From the IMG/VR virus record IMGVR_UViG_3300047323_000678: 64,000 nucleotides of DNA; one strand, 5' to 3'. Shown here one piece after another: positions 36,837-46,219 of the stretch. This stretch comes from a virus. Taxonomy: Duplodnaviria > Heunggongvirae > Uroviricota > Caudoviricetes. Numbering within the stretch: the first letter of the stretch is position 1; the number at the start of each line of letters is the position of its first letter. The translations under genes and the position numbers were made by a program. The notes under the pieces were generated by a model that did not search any database, was not told where the DNA came from, and saw only the letters and a list, made by a program, of their open reading frames with translations.

Positions 36837-37679
36837 TTAATTCTTATGAATAAAAACAATTTTTTGTTCTTTTGTTTTTTCACTTAATTCCTTTGATAAA
36901 TCAGCATCATAAAGATAATTAGATTTATTCCAATCTGAAAAATTAGTAAGTTCTTCTATATTTTGAATTTTTTCAGTAATTGTGAAGCGTGCAAATTCAC
37001 CTCTTAGCTTTTTTGCATAGATAGCAATAACTTTTAATTCACCTTTATTATCACGGTTCATAAATACGGGAGATATTAGAGGAATATTGTGATTTTGAAG
37101 TAGACTAGCATTAATAGCTTTGAAGTATTCCATACTTGCACAGTTCACCACAAATTTTGAATCATTAGTTTCATTTAAATCACTAATTAATAAATTTGTT
37201 ATCTTATTCCCCCAAAACTTATATAAATTGTTATTACTACCAATTTTAAGTGTAGTCCCCATTTCTAAACGATATGGCTGAATAACATCTAAAGGTCTTA
37301 ATAATCCATAAAGACCAGAAATAATGCGAAGATTATTTTGTGAGTCGTGAAGTTTTTCAATAGACAGGGATTTTGCATCTAAGCCATCATATACATCTCC
37401 ATCAAAAGCTAATATTGCCTGTTTTGTTTTTGTGAAATCAGCCATTAGAGGATTAAATTTTTCAATCTCATCTTTATGCCAAGTAGCAAAACGGTTTAAA
37501 TTCAAATCAGCTATTTTTTCGCTAACATCCATTAATTTGGATATGTCTACTGACGATAATTTTGTTAAATTCTCAATCAATATTGAAGCTTCTTTTAAAA
37601 ATCTAGGTATTGTATAATTAGTAGTATTAGGTTGAGTAGAATAATCTAATGATTTAGCTGGTGAAAGTAATGTAATCAT
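36837..37679 (-). CDS. yaaA: Peroxide stress protein YaaA (DUF328)
   Basis: LLSPAKSLD, AILAFDGDVYDGL, ISGLYGLLRPLDVIQPYRLEMGT, NCASMEYFK, YAKKLRG. Confidence 0.92.
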   Translation of the reverse strand: MITLLSPAKSLDYSTQPNTTNYTIPRFLKEASILIENLTKLSSVDISKLMDVSEKIADLNLNRFATWHKDEIEKFNPLMADFTKTKQAILAFDGDVYDGLDAKSLSIEKLHDSQNNLRIISGLYGLLRPLDVIQPYRLEMGTTLKIGSNNNLYKFWGNKITNLLISDLNETNDSKFVVNCASMEYFKAINASLLQNHNIPLISPVFMNRDNKGELKVIAIYAKKLRGEFARFTITEKIQNIEELTNFSDWNKSNYLYDADLSKELSEKTKEQKIVFIHKN

Positions 37680-37872
37680 ATTAATAATAAAAAATTGTTC
37701 TATTAAAATAACAAATCATTAGGTTAAATCAAGCTGGAGAATATTCTGATTTTTTATTTATAAACCAAAAATTATTATCAATAACCTTAAAATACAAAAA
37801 AACAGAAAGAAATTAAAATATTAACCTGTATTCTGTGTTAAAATAGCTTCATCTAAAAAAGTTGGAGCCAAC

Positions 37873-38385
37873 ATGAATCCTTCCGAATTTCGCATCAATT
37901 TTGTCCTCTCTCCTGAATTGGTTCTTAAAAAAGAAAGCCTGAGTTCGGATTTTTTTGAGCCAGGTATTCATCAAATTAATTGGTTTCAACAAAAAACCCT
38001 TAATAAAACAGAGCCTTTGAGTGAGCTTGATAAAGTTTATATTAATAGTCACGAATACAGTAAAGATGTATTAGGGTATGCTCAAAAAAGCGCACAGACT
38101 GAGGAAATAGCAGAAGGGATCAAGTTTTCTTTTTCAATCCAGAATAATCGTAAAGATTTTGCTGAGATTGATGAGGAAGGAAAGCGTGGTTGGCTTCGTC
38201 AATATTTGGACGATCACATTCTTCATTACACAATTCCAGCTATTTTGGAGAAAAGTTTCAATTGGGACAAAGATACAGATCCCGCTGATTGCGAAAAATT
38301 TAAAAAGCTACATGAAGCGTTTAAATTGGCATTAGAAAAAGCTTATGAGTTGAAAAGCACTAGTTTTTGGATTGATGGAGAATGA
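37873..38385 (+). CDS. Hypothetical protein
   Basis: 170 aa, GGAG RBS. Confidence 0.7.
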   Translation: MNPSEFRINFVLSPELVLKKESLSSDFFEPGIHQINWFQQKTLNKTEPLSELDKVYINSHEYSKDVLGYAQKSAQTEEIAEGIKFSFSIQNNRKDFAEIDEEGKRGWLRQYLDDHILHYTIPAILEKSFNWDKDTDPADCEKFKKLHEAFKLALEKAYELKSTSFWIDGE

Positions 38386-38429
38386 ATTTGGTCAAGATTG
38401 TAAAATAACTCTATAATTAGGAGCAAAAG

Positions 38430-39159
38430 ATGCGAGATTATGACGAAGAAGATGCAAAAAAGCTAAATGCAGAACAATGGCAAATTGATTTGCTTAAACT
38501 GAATCCTAATTATGTTCATTGGGGACCGCATGAAGATTATATGTGGGAAAAAAGGTGAAGGTTGGGATATCCCTATTATTAATGAAACCTGGTCAGAATT
38601 TGGTCCTTGGGAATTGGACTCATATAACGAAGTCGTTAATTTTTACTTTTCCGTTAATCGGGCAAGTAAGGATTGTGAGGTTTGTGGTGGTGATGGATAT
38701 CATCCCAAAGCACATCCTGTAGTGAATTCCTTTTATGCTCATATGAATTCTCGTGGTGAACATTGGAATGACAAGATTACTCAAGATGAACTTGATGCCT
38801 TGATTGAAAAAGGGCGAATTAATTCTGAGGCAACATTAATTGAAGTAAATGAGGCAAATAAATCGGGCGGAAAAGGTTTTGGGCATGATGCAATCAATCG
38901 TTGGATTCTTATTAGTACTCGTTTGAAACGCTTGGGGATTCCAGAAAAGTGTGAGTGTTGTGGTGGAGATGGTTCTGTTTATACAGATCCTTCTGCTCAT
39001 GTTTCACTGACTCTTTGGGTTCTCCATCCACGAAAAGGATGTTCACGAGGTGTTGAAATTAAACGAATTGAACAAACTGATTTGCCAGCTATCTATAAGT
39101 TTTTAAAAGAAGCTGCTGAGCGAAATGCAAATCGTTTTAGTAAATTACCAATGGGTTAA
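38430..39159 (+). pseudogene. CxxCxGxG Zn-finger-like protein with a +1 frameshift at a G3A6 tract
   Basis: AGGAG RBS and ATG 38430 read to TGA 38556-38558; the +1 frame continues KKGEGWDIP...CEVCGGDG...CECCGGDG to 39159. Confidence 0.65.
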
Positions 39160-39292
39160 TATGAATTAAATGCCAAAAAAGCAGATCTAAATGGTCTGCT
39201 TTTTTATTTTAATAATAGGATTATTAGATTGTGCCAAACAAAAAATTAATATAAAATACTATATATTAAAAAAATTTCCTTATAGCTTTCAT

Positions 39293-39841
39293 ATGAATAA
39301 ACTTGAATTAGAAAGAATTTTATCTAAAACAACACCAGCATTTTTTGGTCTTGGATTTATTCAGTGTAAAATTAATCAATATGAGAGAGTTCATTTTTAT
39401 CACCCTAAATTAACTCCAACAGTAAATATTGAAGAAGAAGTTCATAATCATCGATATGATTTTGAATCCACTATTTTAAGTGGTCAAATTGTTAATAAAA
39501 AATATAAGTTTATTGAAAACAAAAATAATCCAACTCATTTTCTACAAAATGAAAGTTGTAATGAATCGGTAGAGGCTAAAAATACAGTTCCTATTTATGG
39601 ACAAATAGTTTTGGATTCGAATGATTGTATTATTCAAGGTCATGCCTACTTAATGAAATTTGATGAATTTCATACCTTTAGCACCACAAAATGTATCACT
39701 TATTTAAAGCGAAGTGATTATAAACAAGAATTTGCTCAAGTTGTAAGACCATTAAATTCAGAAATAATTTGCCCATTTAGTATTAAATTATCTCAACAAG
39801 ATTGTTGGGATATTATTAAAGATTGTTTATTGGAGTTTTAA
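39293..39841 (+). CDS. Cupin-like (HxH) protein
   Basis: FGLGFIQ, VHFYH, VHNHRYDFESTILSG, EFHTF; ATG 39293 preferred since the longer start overlaps the terminator. Confidence 0.55.
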   Translation: MNKLELERILSKTTPAFFGLGFIQCKINQYERVHFYHPKLTPTVNIEEEVHNHRYDFESTILSGQIVNKKYKFIENKNNPTHFLQNESCNESVEAKNTVPIYGQIVLDSNDCIIQGHAYLMKFDEFHTFSTTKCITYLKRSDYKQEFAQVVRPLNSEIICPFSIKLSQQDCWDIIKDCLLEF

Positions 39842-40264
39842 ATGGCAGGCTATCATATTAGAGAAATCAAAAAAGGTATTGTCGGGGAGTTTTCTAAAAT
39901 CTCAGAAGAGTTTTTAGAATTTGAAGATGCTGTTGAACAAGCATCGGTGGTAATGGCTTTAGTAGAACTTTCTGATCTTATCGGTGCTATTGAAGCATTC
40001 TTTGCTAAAAAACAAAAACAGAATTTTTTTAATGAACTTATTGATAAAGTTAAAAATAATACCAATAATCATGTAACAGATTATTTTAGTTTGAAAGAAA
40101 GTTTTTCAATACTTAGTCAATCCGTTCAAGTAGATGACTATTCAAATTTTGAAAAATTTTTCAACGATTTGGATTCATATATTAAACACTATAATTTAAC
40201 TATTAATGATTTATATACTATGTCCCAAATCACTAAAAGAGTGTTTTTAAACGGATATAGATAA
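39842..40264 (+). CDS. MazG-like all-alpha NTP pyrophosphohydrolase
   Basis: EEFLEFEDA and VELSDLIGA (ExxE/ExxD) motifs; starts the base after the upstream stop. Confidence 0.7.
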   Translation: MAGYHIREIKKGIVGEFSKISEEFLEFEDAVEQASVVMALVELSDLIGAIEAFFAKKQKQNFFNELIDKVKNNTNNHVTDYFSLKESFSILSQSVQVDDYSNFEKFFNDLDSYIKHYNLTINDLYTMSQITKRVFLNGYR

Positions 40265-40291
40265 GAAAAACTTAACTAAAAGGAGTTAAAG

Positions 40292-40888
40292 TTGAAATCC
40301 ATTTTAAATAACAATATAGCGCATTATCCCAACATAGATTGGCGACTTATTGCTTTCGCACAGAATTATTATGAATCATTGGGATATCAATATGTAGAAA
40401 CTCCTTGGTTAATTCCTACTTATTATACGGAAAAGACTAAACCCTTCCAAGATAAATCTTTTGTATTAGACTCTGATTTATTTAAGAATCAAAATAATGA
40501 ATTGGTGGGTTCAGCAGAACAAGGTTTTTTATATTTAATTGATAATAATCAGCTTCAACCTGGAAAATATTTTTCAATTTCTCCATGTTTCAGAACAGAG
40601 AATTATGATTCATTACATCAAGCTTGGTTCATGAAATTAGAAATAATTGACTTTCAAAATGCTAATACAAATTCTTTGAATGATATGATAGAACATGCAT
40701 TTAATTTTTTCAGAAATCATACTAAAGGTCAGTTGGAAATAGTTAATTTACCAGATAAAAGCTATGACATTAATTTGAATGGTATAGAAGTCGGTTCATA
40801 TGGAATAAGAAAAATCAATGATATTGATTATATTTATGGAACAGGTCTAGCTCTGCCAAGATTTTCTACGGCTAATAATATGAAATAA
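40292..40888 (+). CDS. Stand-alone class II aaRS-like catalytic domain
   Basis: Motif 1 YVETPWL, motif 2 PCFRTE...HQAWFMKLE, motif 3 GTGLALPR; 198 aa, no anticodon-binding domain; AGGAG RBS. Confidence 0.75.
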   Translation: MKSILNNNIAHYPNIDWRLIAFAQNYYESLGYQYVETPWLIPTYYTEKTKPFQDKSFVLDSDLFKNQNNELVGSAEQGFLYLIDNNQLQPGKYFSISPCFRTENYDSLHQAWFMKLEIIDFQNANTNSLNDMIEHAFNFFRNHTKGQLEIVNLPDKSYDINLNGIEVGSYGIRKINDIDYIYGTGLALPRFSTANNMK

Positions 40889-41030
40889 TAAAATTTGTTA
40901 CTATGCTCAAAATATTGAAAAGCAGATTAATGTTAATCTGCTTTTTTATTTTATCTATAATTTAGCATTATCTAATTGACAACAATAATACTCACTATAG
41001 TATTAATACAATTTATAATTGGAAAAACTG

Positions 41031-41477
41031 ATGAATAAGAAAAAGAAATTAATAATTGTATTTACTGGTGTTGTGTTGGCAGTAGCTATTGGTGGTGCAG
41101 CTTGGTGGTTTACGGAACAAAATGCAGTAGGAGAAAAAAAAGAAGGAGTCATAAAAAAGCCTGCCAAGTATATAACTTTAGATAAAGTGGTTTTAATGCT
41201 AAGCAGGAACCAGGAAGAAACTAAGACTCATTATTTGTTAACTGACTTAGTTTTAACAAGTACCGAAGAGAAAGCACATGATGCTAAAGAGCATCTTCCA
41301 CTACTGCGTAGCATAACTGTACGCACACTATCAGGCTACACATTTCAAGAGGCATCAAACATGACAGTTGAGCAATTTACTAATAAATTAAATAAGACAT
41401 TCAATGAAGTTTATGCTAAAGAACGAATGGAAAAGCCATTCTCAGAAGTCATGATTGGCAAGCTAGTCATAGAATGA
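41031..41477 (+). CDS. fliL: Flagellar basal-body associated protein FliL (lateral-flagella type)
   Basis: KKKLII...GGAAWWF TM anchor, YITLDKVVLML, HYLLTDLVL, LPLLRS, PFSEVMIGKLVIE. Confidence 0.75.
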   Translation: MNKKKKLIIVFTGVVLAVAIGGAAWWFTEQNAVGEKKEGVIKKPAKYITLDKVVLMLSRNQEETKTHYLLTDLVLTSTEEKAHDAKEHLPLLRSITVRTLSGYTFQEASNMTVEQFTNKLNKTFNEVYAKERMEKPFSEVMIGKLVIE

Positions 41478-41558
41478 TAATTACCAAATTTTTATTTAAA
41501 ACAACATTTTAATCATTTTTAGTGTATAATAAAGAGTTAAATTAAATATGGGGAAATA

Positions 41559-41942
41559 ATGATTAAAATTCAAACTAAGCAAGTTATTGATGTTGGAGAT
41601 TGGGATGATTTGGTGATAAAAACTTATGGTAAACCTTATAGTTTTCAGCAACAAGATGGATGTAAGGAGCGACAAAATGTAGATATCACAATACCATCAA
41701 AAGCTTATGATTTTGAGAATGATACTGTTCCGGAAGAAATCAATGGTGAAGAAATGGGAGTTAGTTTTGCAGCATGGTTAGCAAGAAAAACTACAGAATG
41801 GAATGGACCTTCTGAAGATAGAATGTTCTTGGATATGTTTTGGGAAAGAAATTTCTACCCAGATGTCCAAATGATTGCTAACGATTTACATGCTAAAGGA
41901 TTAATTCCAGCAGGAGAGTATGTTATTGATATTGATTGGTAA
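41559..41942 (+). CDS. Hypothetical protein
   Basis: 127 aa, GGGGA RBS, own -10, GCAGA terminator after. Confidence 0.75.
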   Translation: MIKIQTKQVIDVGDWDDLVIKTYGKPYSFQQQDGCKERQNVDITIPSKAYDFENDTVPEEINGEEMGVSFAAWLARKTTEWNGPSEDRMFLDMFWERNFYPDVQMIANDLHAKGLIPAGEYVIDIDW

Positions 41943-42027
41943 TCGATATTGAAAAAGCAGATTAGTAATAGTCTGCTTTTATGTTTTATGATATTATCTT
42001 AATAAATAAATCTTTAAAGGCAAATAA

Positions 42028-42249
42028 ATGATAATTTCTAAAATTCTTTTACATATTGGAGTTATACTGGTTTGGTCGTCAATTTTCTTTTCTATTAAAG
42101 CGAGCCATATTTGGATGTTTTCTATGATTGATGAAAATGGGAATTATAAATTAGATGATGAAAAGAAATTCAATAGATTGGGTTGGATTACTTTTATTTT
42201 AGGTGGTATTTTTGGAATGTTGTCCTTTTATATTTCTAATCAACTGTGA
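42028..42249 (+). CDS. Small two-TM membrane protein
   Basis: 73 aa hydrophobic. Confidence 0.6.
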   Translation: MIISKILLHIGVILVWSSIFFSIKASHIWMFSMIDENGNYKLDDEKKFNRLGWITFILGGIFGMLSFYISNQL

Positions 42250-42321
42250 AAGTTAATATTCCTTCTAGATTGTATTGATAATTTGATTTGATATAATTAT
42301 ATAAAATTAATTAAAAAGAAT

Positions 42322-42954
42322 ATGAACTTAATTGTTAATCAATACGATAATTCTGACAAAGTACTAAAAAGATTTAAAAACTCTAAAGATGATGGCATAG
42401 AAGATGTTGTATTTGCTATTGAGTTGGGATTTAAAAGTCAAGTAAATAACAGAACATTCTTCCATAGTCACATGTTTTGCTTTCATTATTGTTTGGATTC
42501 ATATGAAGGCGAAAAAAATGTTAGTTTTGAGATATTAAGTCCTAATGAACAAACTGGTTATTATTTTTTTTGGAACTATACTAGTAATTTTTATAAACCA
42601 AATGAAAAATCTAAAAGAATTCAAATAGAAAATGCTCAACTAACTATTCCTAAGGCAAGTGAACTATTTGAAATAGTAGGAAATGAATCATTTGAATCTG
42701 TTATTGAAAAAATTAAATTAGTTTTATGGAATAAGCACGAGAATATCTTAAAAGAGTTTAAAGATATTGGTATTAATATTAATGATCCTCTTTACATGGA
42801 TGAATTTTCACATCAGCTTAAAAAGTCTATTGAAGATGCTTATAAGGACATAGAGTCAAGTGAGCTTAATCCATTTATTAAAGAATATAATGCACAGGTA
42901 TTAAATAAAATTTTACCAATTAATAATAATAAGACACCAAAAATTAAAATATAA
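42322..42954 (+). CDS. Hypothetical protein with basic tail
   Basis: Ends VLNKILPINNNKTPKIKI. Confidence 0.7.
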   Translation: MNLIVNQYDNSDKVLKRFKNSKDDGIEDVVFAIELGFKSQVNNRTFFHSHMFCFHYCLDSYEGEKNVSFEILSPNEQTGYYFFWNYTSNFYKPNEKSKRIQIENAQLTIPKASELFEIVGNESFESVIEKIKLVLWNKHENILKEFKDIGININDPLYMDEFSHQLKKSIEDAYKDIESSELNPFIKEYNAQVLNKILPINNNKTPKIKI

Positions 42955-43061
42955 AATTAAAACAACATTTAAAAAGCAGATTAGAAATAGTCTGCTTTTT
43001 TATTTGTAACAATTCTTTACTTTCTTAAGTTTTAAAATATAATGTTTTTTCTTTGAAAAAT

Positions 43062-43463
43062 ATGAACAACATGATAAATAAAAATCAACTAAACGAATTA
43101 ATTTCGGAAGATGCTGCAACATTATTAATGGAGACATATCCAATAACAGCACATAATTATAGTGAAGCTTTTATAGTTATGAATTATCGTTCTTGGAAAC
43201 AAGTCGATCAAATAAGATTGGCTCGTTTTTATTTACAAAAAATGCCATTTGCATCATCTAAACCTTATGAAGTATTTGCTTCATTCATGGCATTACCAGT
43301 ATTTATTGAAATAATTAGAGAATTATTGCCTAATAAAATTGATGATCAAAAGTTAATCGCATACCACTTAATTCCTGTAATTAGGAAGTTTTATAATGCA
43401 GAAAAAAATGTAGATATTGTTAATAATTTCATAATTGAATTGAAGTTAAAATATATGAAATAA
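43062..43463 (+). CDS. Hypothetical protein
   Basis: About 133 aa; bidirectional hairpin 43473-43502 follows. Confidence 0.6.
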   Translation: MNNMINKNQLNELISEDAATLLMETYPITAHNYSEAFIVMNYRSWKQVDQIRLARFYLQKMPFASSKPYEVFASFMALPVFIEIIRELLPNKIDDQKLIAYHLIPVIRKFYNAEKNVDIVNNFIIELKLKYMK

Positions 43464-43511
43464 AGCAATTAAAGGGGAATTTTTATAAATAGATTCCCCC
43501 TTTACCTGTGG

Positions 43512-43859
43512 TTAAGTATATAAGATGGCATGAACCAATTGTGGTTTTTCTTTAAACATTTTTTTCCAAGAATCTGAGGCATCAGAAATTTTTTTAATCA
43601 TTTTTTCAGGATTTTTATCATAAACATCGTAACCGATGTAGTATCCTCGATTTTCATCACCAGTAAAGATACTATATAATCCACACTTGGGATATCCTTT
43701 ACTTTTTGGTTGTTCATTCATCCAATGATGTAGATGAGAACCCATATCATCAAGATCGTCTTGTGTCAGTTTAATTTTAGACTGAAAATATTCCCTAGCT
43801 TGTTGCTCATTAGTAAATTCTTTGCCAACAAAAATAAATGGTTTAGAAAAAACTCCCAT
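43512..43859 (-). CDS. Hypothetical protein
   Basis: 115 aa, AGGAG RBS on minus strand. Confidence 0.7.
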   Translation of the reverse strand: MGVFSKPFIFVGKEFTNEQQAREYFQSKIKLTQDDLDDMGSHLHHWMNEQPKSKGYPKCGLYSIFTGDENRGYYIGYDVYDKNPEKMIKKISDASDSWKKMFKEKPQLVHAILYT

Positions 43860-44096
43860 AGAATCTCCTAAAAAACTAGTATTTTAAAGAATAATTATAA
43901 CACTATTCGGAAGTAATTATATATGTTTTAAACAATAAATTAATTGTTAAAATAAAATCTACAACATTAGAATTTACGCTATTATAGCGATATTCATTCT
44001 AAGCATTAGGAGTCACCATGAAAAATCTTGTCATTTAAGATTCATACTTTTACAAATGAAAAAATTGATCTCCAAAAATAACATAAAAGGTAAAAA

Positions 44097-44384
44097 ATGA
44101 CAGTTAAAAATATCTCTAAATATCATCAACTAAGTGTTGAGGAGCTTAATAAGCTTGGAACACGAGAGCTAGTAAATGCATTAGAATCTGCTCGTGGTCG
44201 TGCAATTTGCTCATGTGGTAAAAGTCATCATTGCGGAGATGATGTACTAGACCAGGAAGAAAGAGATTGGAATAAAAAACAATCTGAACTTTTCCTAAAA
44301 TTAAAGGATATTCTAAAAGATCGTGAAGATGTAACACGAAAAGATGTTCCTAAAAAGGCTCAGAAGAAAAAAATGAAGTATTAA
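44097..44384 (+). CDS. Hypothetical protein (CSCGKSHHC motif)
   Basis: 95 aa, AAGG RBS, basic C-terminus. Confidence 0.65.
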   Translation: MTVKNISKYHQLSVEELNKLGTRELVNALESARGRAICSCGKSHHCGDDVLDQEERDWNKKQSELFLKLKDILKDREDVTRKDVPKKAQKKKMKY

Positions 44385-44433
44385 TAAAAAAAGCAGATCA
44401 AAGATGGTCTGCTTTTTTTAAATAACTTATAAA

Positions 44434-46038
44434 TTAAGGCTTAACTGCACTTTTTTTATTTTGTTTTTCATCTACCACAACAAAAATCTCTTCACATAAA
44501 GATTTAATTTCTTTTAATTCATTTACCAATGGCTCTAATAATTTTTGTTTAGTTAAAATTTCTTGATTTTTTTTAGGATCATCCAAAGCAGGATTTTTTA
44601 TTATTTCACCATTTGCACTTAGAATTAGTTTATTTTCCAATAAATCACTACAATACTTATTAATATTCTTTAATACATTATCACGATTAGGGAAAATACC
44701 CTCTAATTGAGCAATAGCAGCAATTTGATTGATAATATCAAAGTTATTAACTTTATCTTTTTTGAAGCTTTTCTCTACTTTTTGAAATATTTCGTTAACC
44801 AATGGATTATGTATATGCATATATAAATTTTCCATGCTAATGGTTTCACGATGTATTTTCTCACTCATTTCTTTATAAGATAAATTATTTAAATTACCTT
44901 CACGAAGAGATTCTGTATTACTAATTAATTGGTCTAGTTTTTTAAATAAATAATTTTCAATAGATATTTGTTTATGATCCTTTTTTAAATTTTGGAGATA
45001 ATGTTTGAAATGATTAATTTCATCATTATTTTTAATAGCCAAAACTCTTTCTTGTATTGTATTTTGATTTAAATCAAAATGACCAATATCTATTAAATCA
45101 TCTAAGCTCTTATTTGTTTGGTTAAAAATTAAATTAGCATTATATTCTTCTAATGTTTTAGTTCCAGAATAACCTAGGTCAATTTTAACATTATCATCTA
45201 AATGGAGTTTTTTACATAAGTTTTCAAGGTTGAATTCTGATTTAAATTTATTATTAAAAATCTCTAAAGATCTGTTATTTATAGTGCTTAAGTCACAAAT
45301 TAATTCTTTTTCTATTTTAGATTTAAATACATCAATTTCTGAAGAATCCATTTTATTAATATAGTTCAAACCCTCATTCATAACTTTTATATAAAATTGA
45401 TTTGGATTTAAATCAGGATATAACTCATTACTGTAATTTAAAGATTGTTGACTTATCAAACTAAAATCTTTTTTGATTTCATCATTAAGTTCTTTATGTT
45501 GAAATAAATTTGAAACTGTATATGCAGCTTTTAATTCATTTGTGAATTTATGTAAATGTTCATATTTAGAGAGTTTCTCATCTAATACCAATATAAAATC
45601 TGATGGGCTATGAAAATGGCTTGGTGTTATAGCTTTAAATGTTGTTGTTAACATTTTTAAACCAGGTTTTGCATCTATATTTTCTTTTGAAAAATCAATT
45701 TTATCTAATAATTGCTTTAATAAGATTGAACTACTTCTAGTCCTTGTAATTAAAGCTATAGGATTATCTTCTGTAATGTCGTTTTCTATTATAGAAATAA
45801 AATCTTTTCCATGTTTCTTTAAAAATTGAGAAATTAATTTTTCCGAGTGGCCCATATTGTTATAGTCCAATGTTTTTAAAATCAATACATCAATAAAACG
45901 ATAACCCTCTTTGCATTGATAATTTAAATCTCCTTTTGATTCAACCCACAATGTATCTATTGCTTTATTGATAGCTGCGTTAGAAGACTGATTATGTAAT
46001 ACGATATCTATTGCAGGTTTAATTTTTTTAGCTGACAT
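44434..46038 (-). CDS. Large hypothetical protein
   Basis: 534 aa, AAGGA RBS; no family recognised. Confidence 0.75.
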   Translation of the reverse strand: MSAKKIKPAIDIVLHNQSSNAAINKAIDTLWVESKGDLNYQCKEGYRFIDVLILKTLDYNNMGHSEKLISQFLKKHGKDFISIIENDITEDNPIALITRTRSSSILLKQLLDKIDFSKENIDAKPGLKMLTTTFKAITPSHFHSPSDFILVLDEKLSKYEHLHKFTNELKAAYTVSNLFQHKELNDEIKKDFSLISQQSLNYSNELYPDLNPNQFYIKVMNEGLNYINKMDSSEIDVFKSKIEKELICDLSTINNRSLEIFNNKFKSEFNLENLCKKLHLDDNVKIDLGYSGTKTLEEYNANLIFNQTNKSLDDLIDIGHFDLNQNTIQERVLAIKNNDEINHFKHYLQNLKKDHKQISIENYLFKKLDQLISNTESLREGNLNNLSYKEMSEKIHRETISMENLYMHIHNPLVNEIFQKVEKSFKKDKVNNFDIINQIAAIAQLEGIFPNRDNVLKNINKYCSDLLENKLILSANGEIIKNPALDDPKKNQEILTKQKLLEPLVNELKEIKSLCEEIFVVVDEKQNKKSAVKP

Positions 46039-46219
46039 AAGTATCCTTTTATATTGTATAATTTATCACTAAATTATATTCTAATGAGAACTAAAGTCAA
46101 TTTATTAAATTAGTGTTCATAATGAGTTATTTATTAGATTTTTGATGATAATTAACTCGTTGGCTTCCATTTCAAAATAATAAAGATATAATATTTATAT
46201 AAGAGTAAATGAGGAAAAA

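Noticed and set aside
38545-38558. Programmed -1 ribosomal frameshift
   Set aside because: The needed shift is +1, no X XXY YYZ heptamer lies in frame, and no stimulatory structure is evident.
44008-44038. AGGAG-led six-codon ORF MKNLVI as a leader peptide
   Set aside because: No regulatory codon run or alternative hairpins follow; more likely a truncated gene start.
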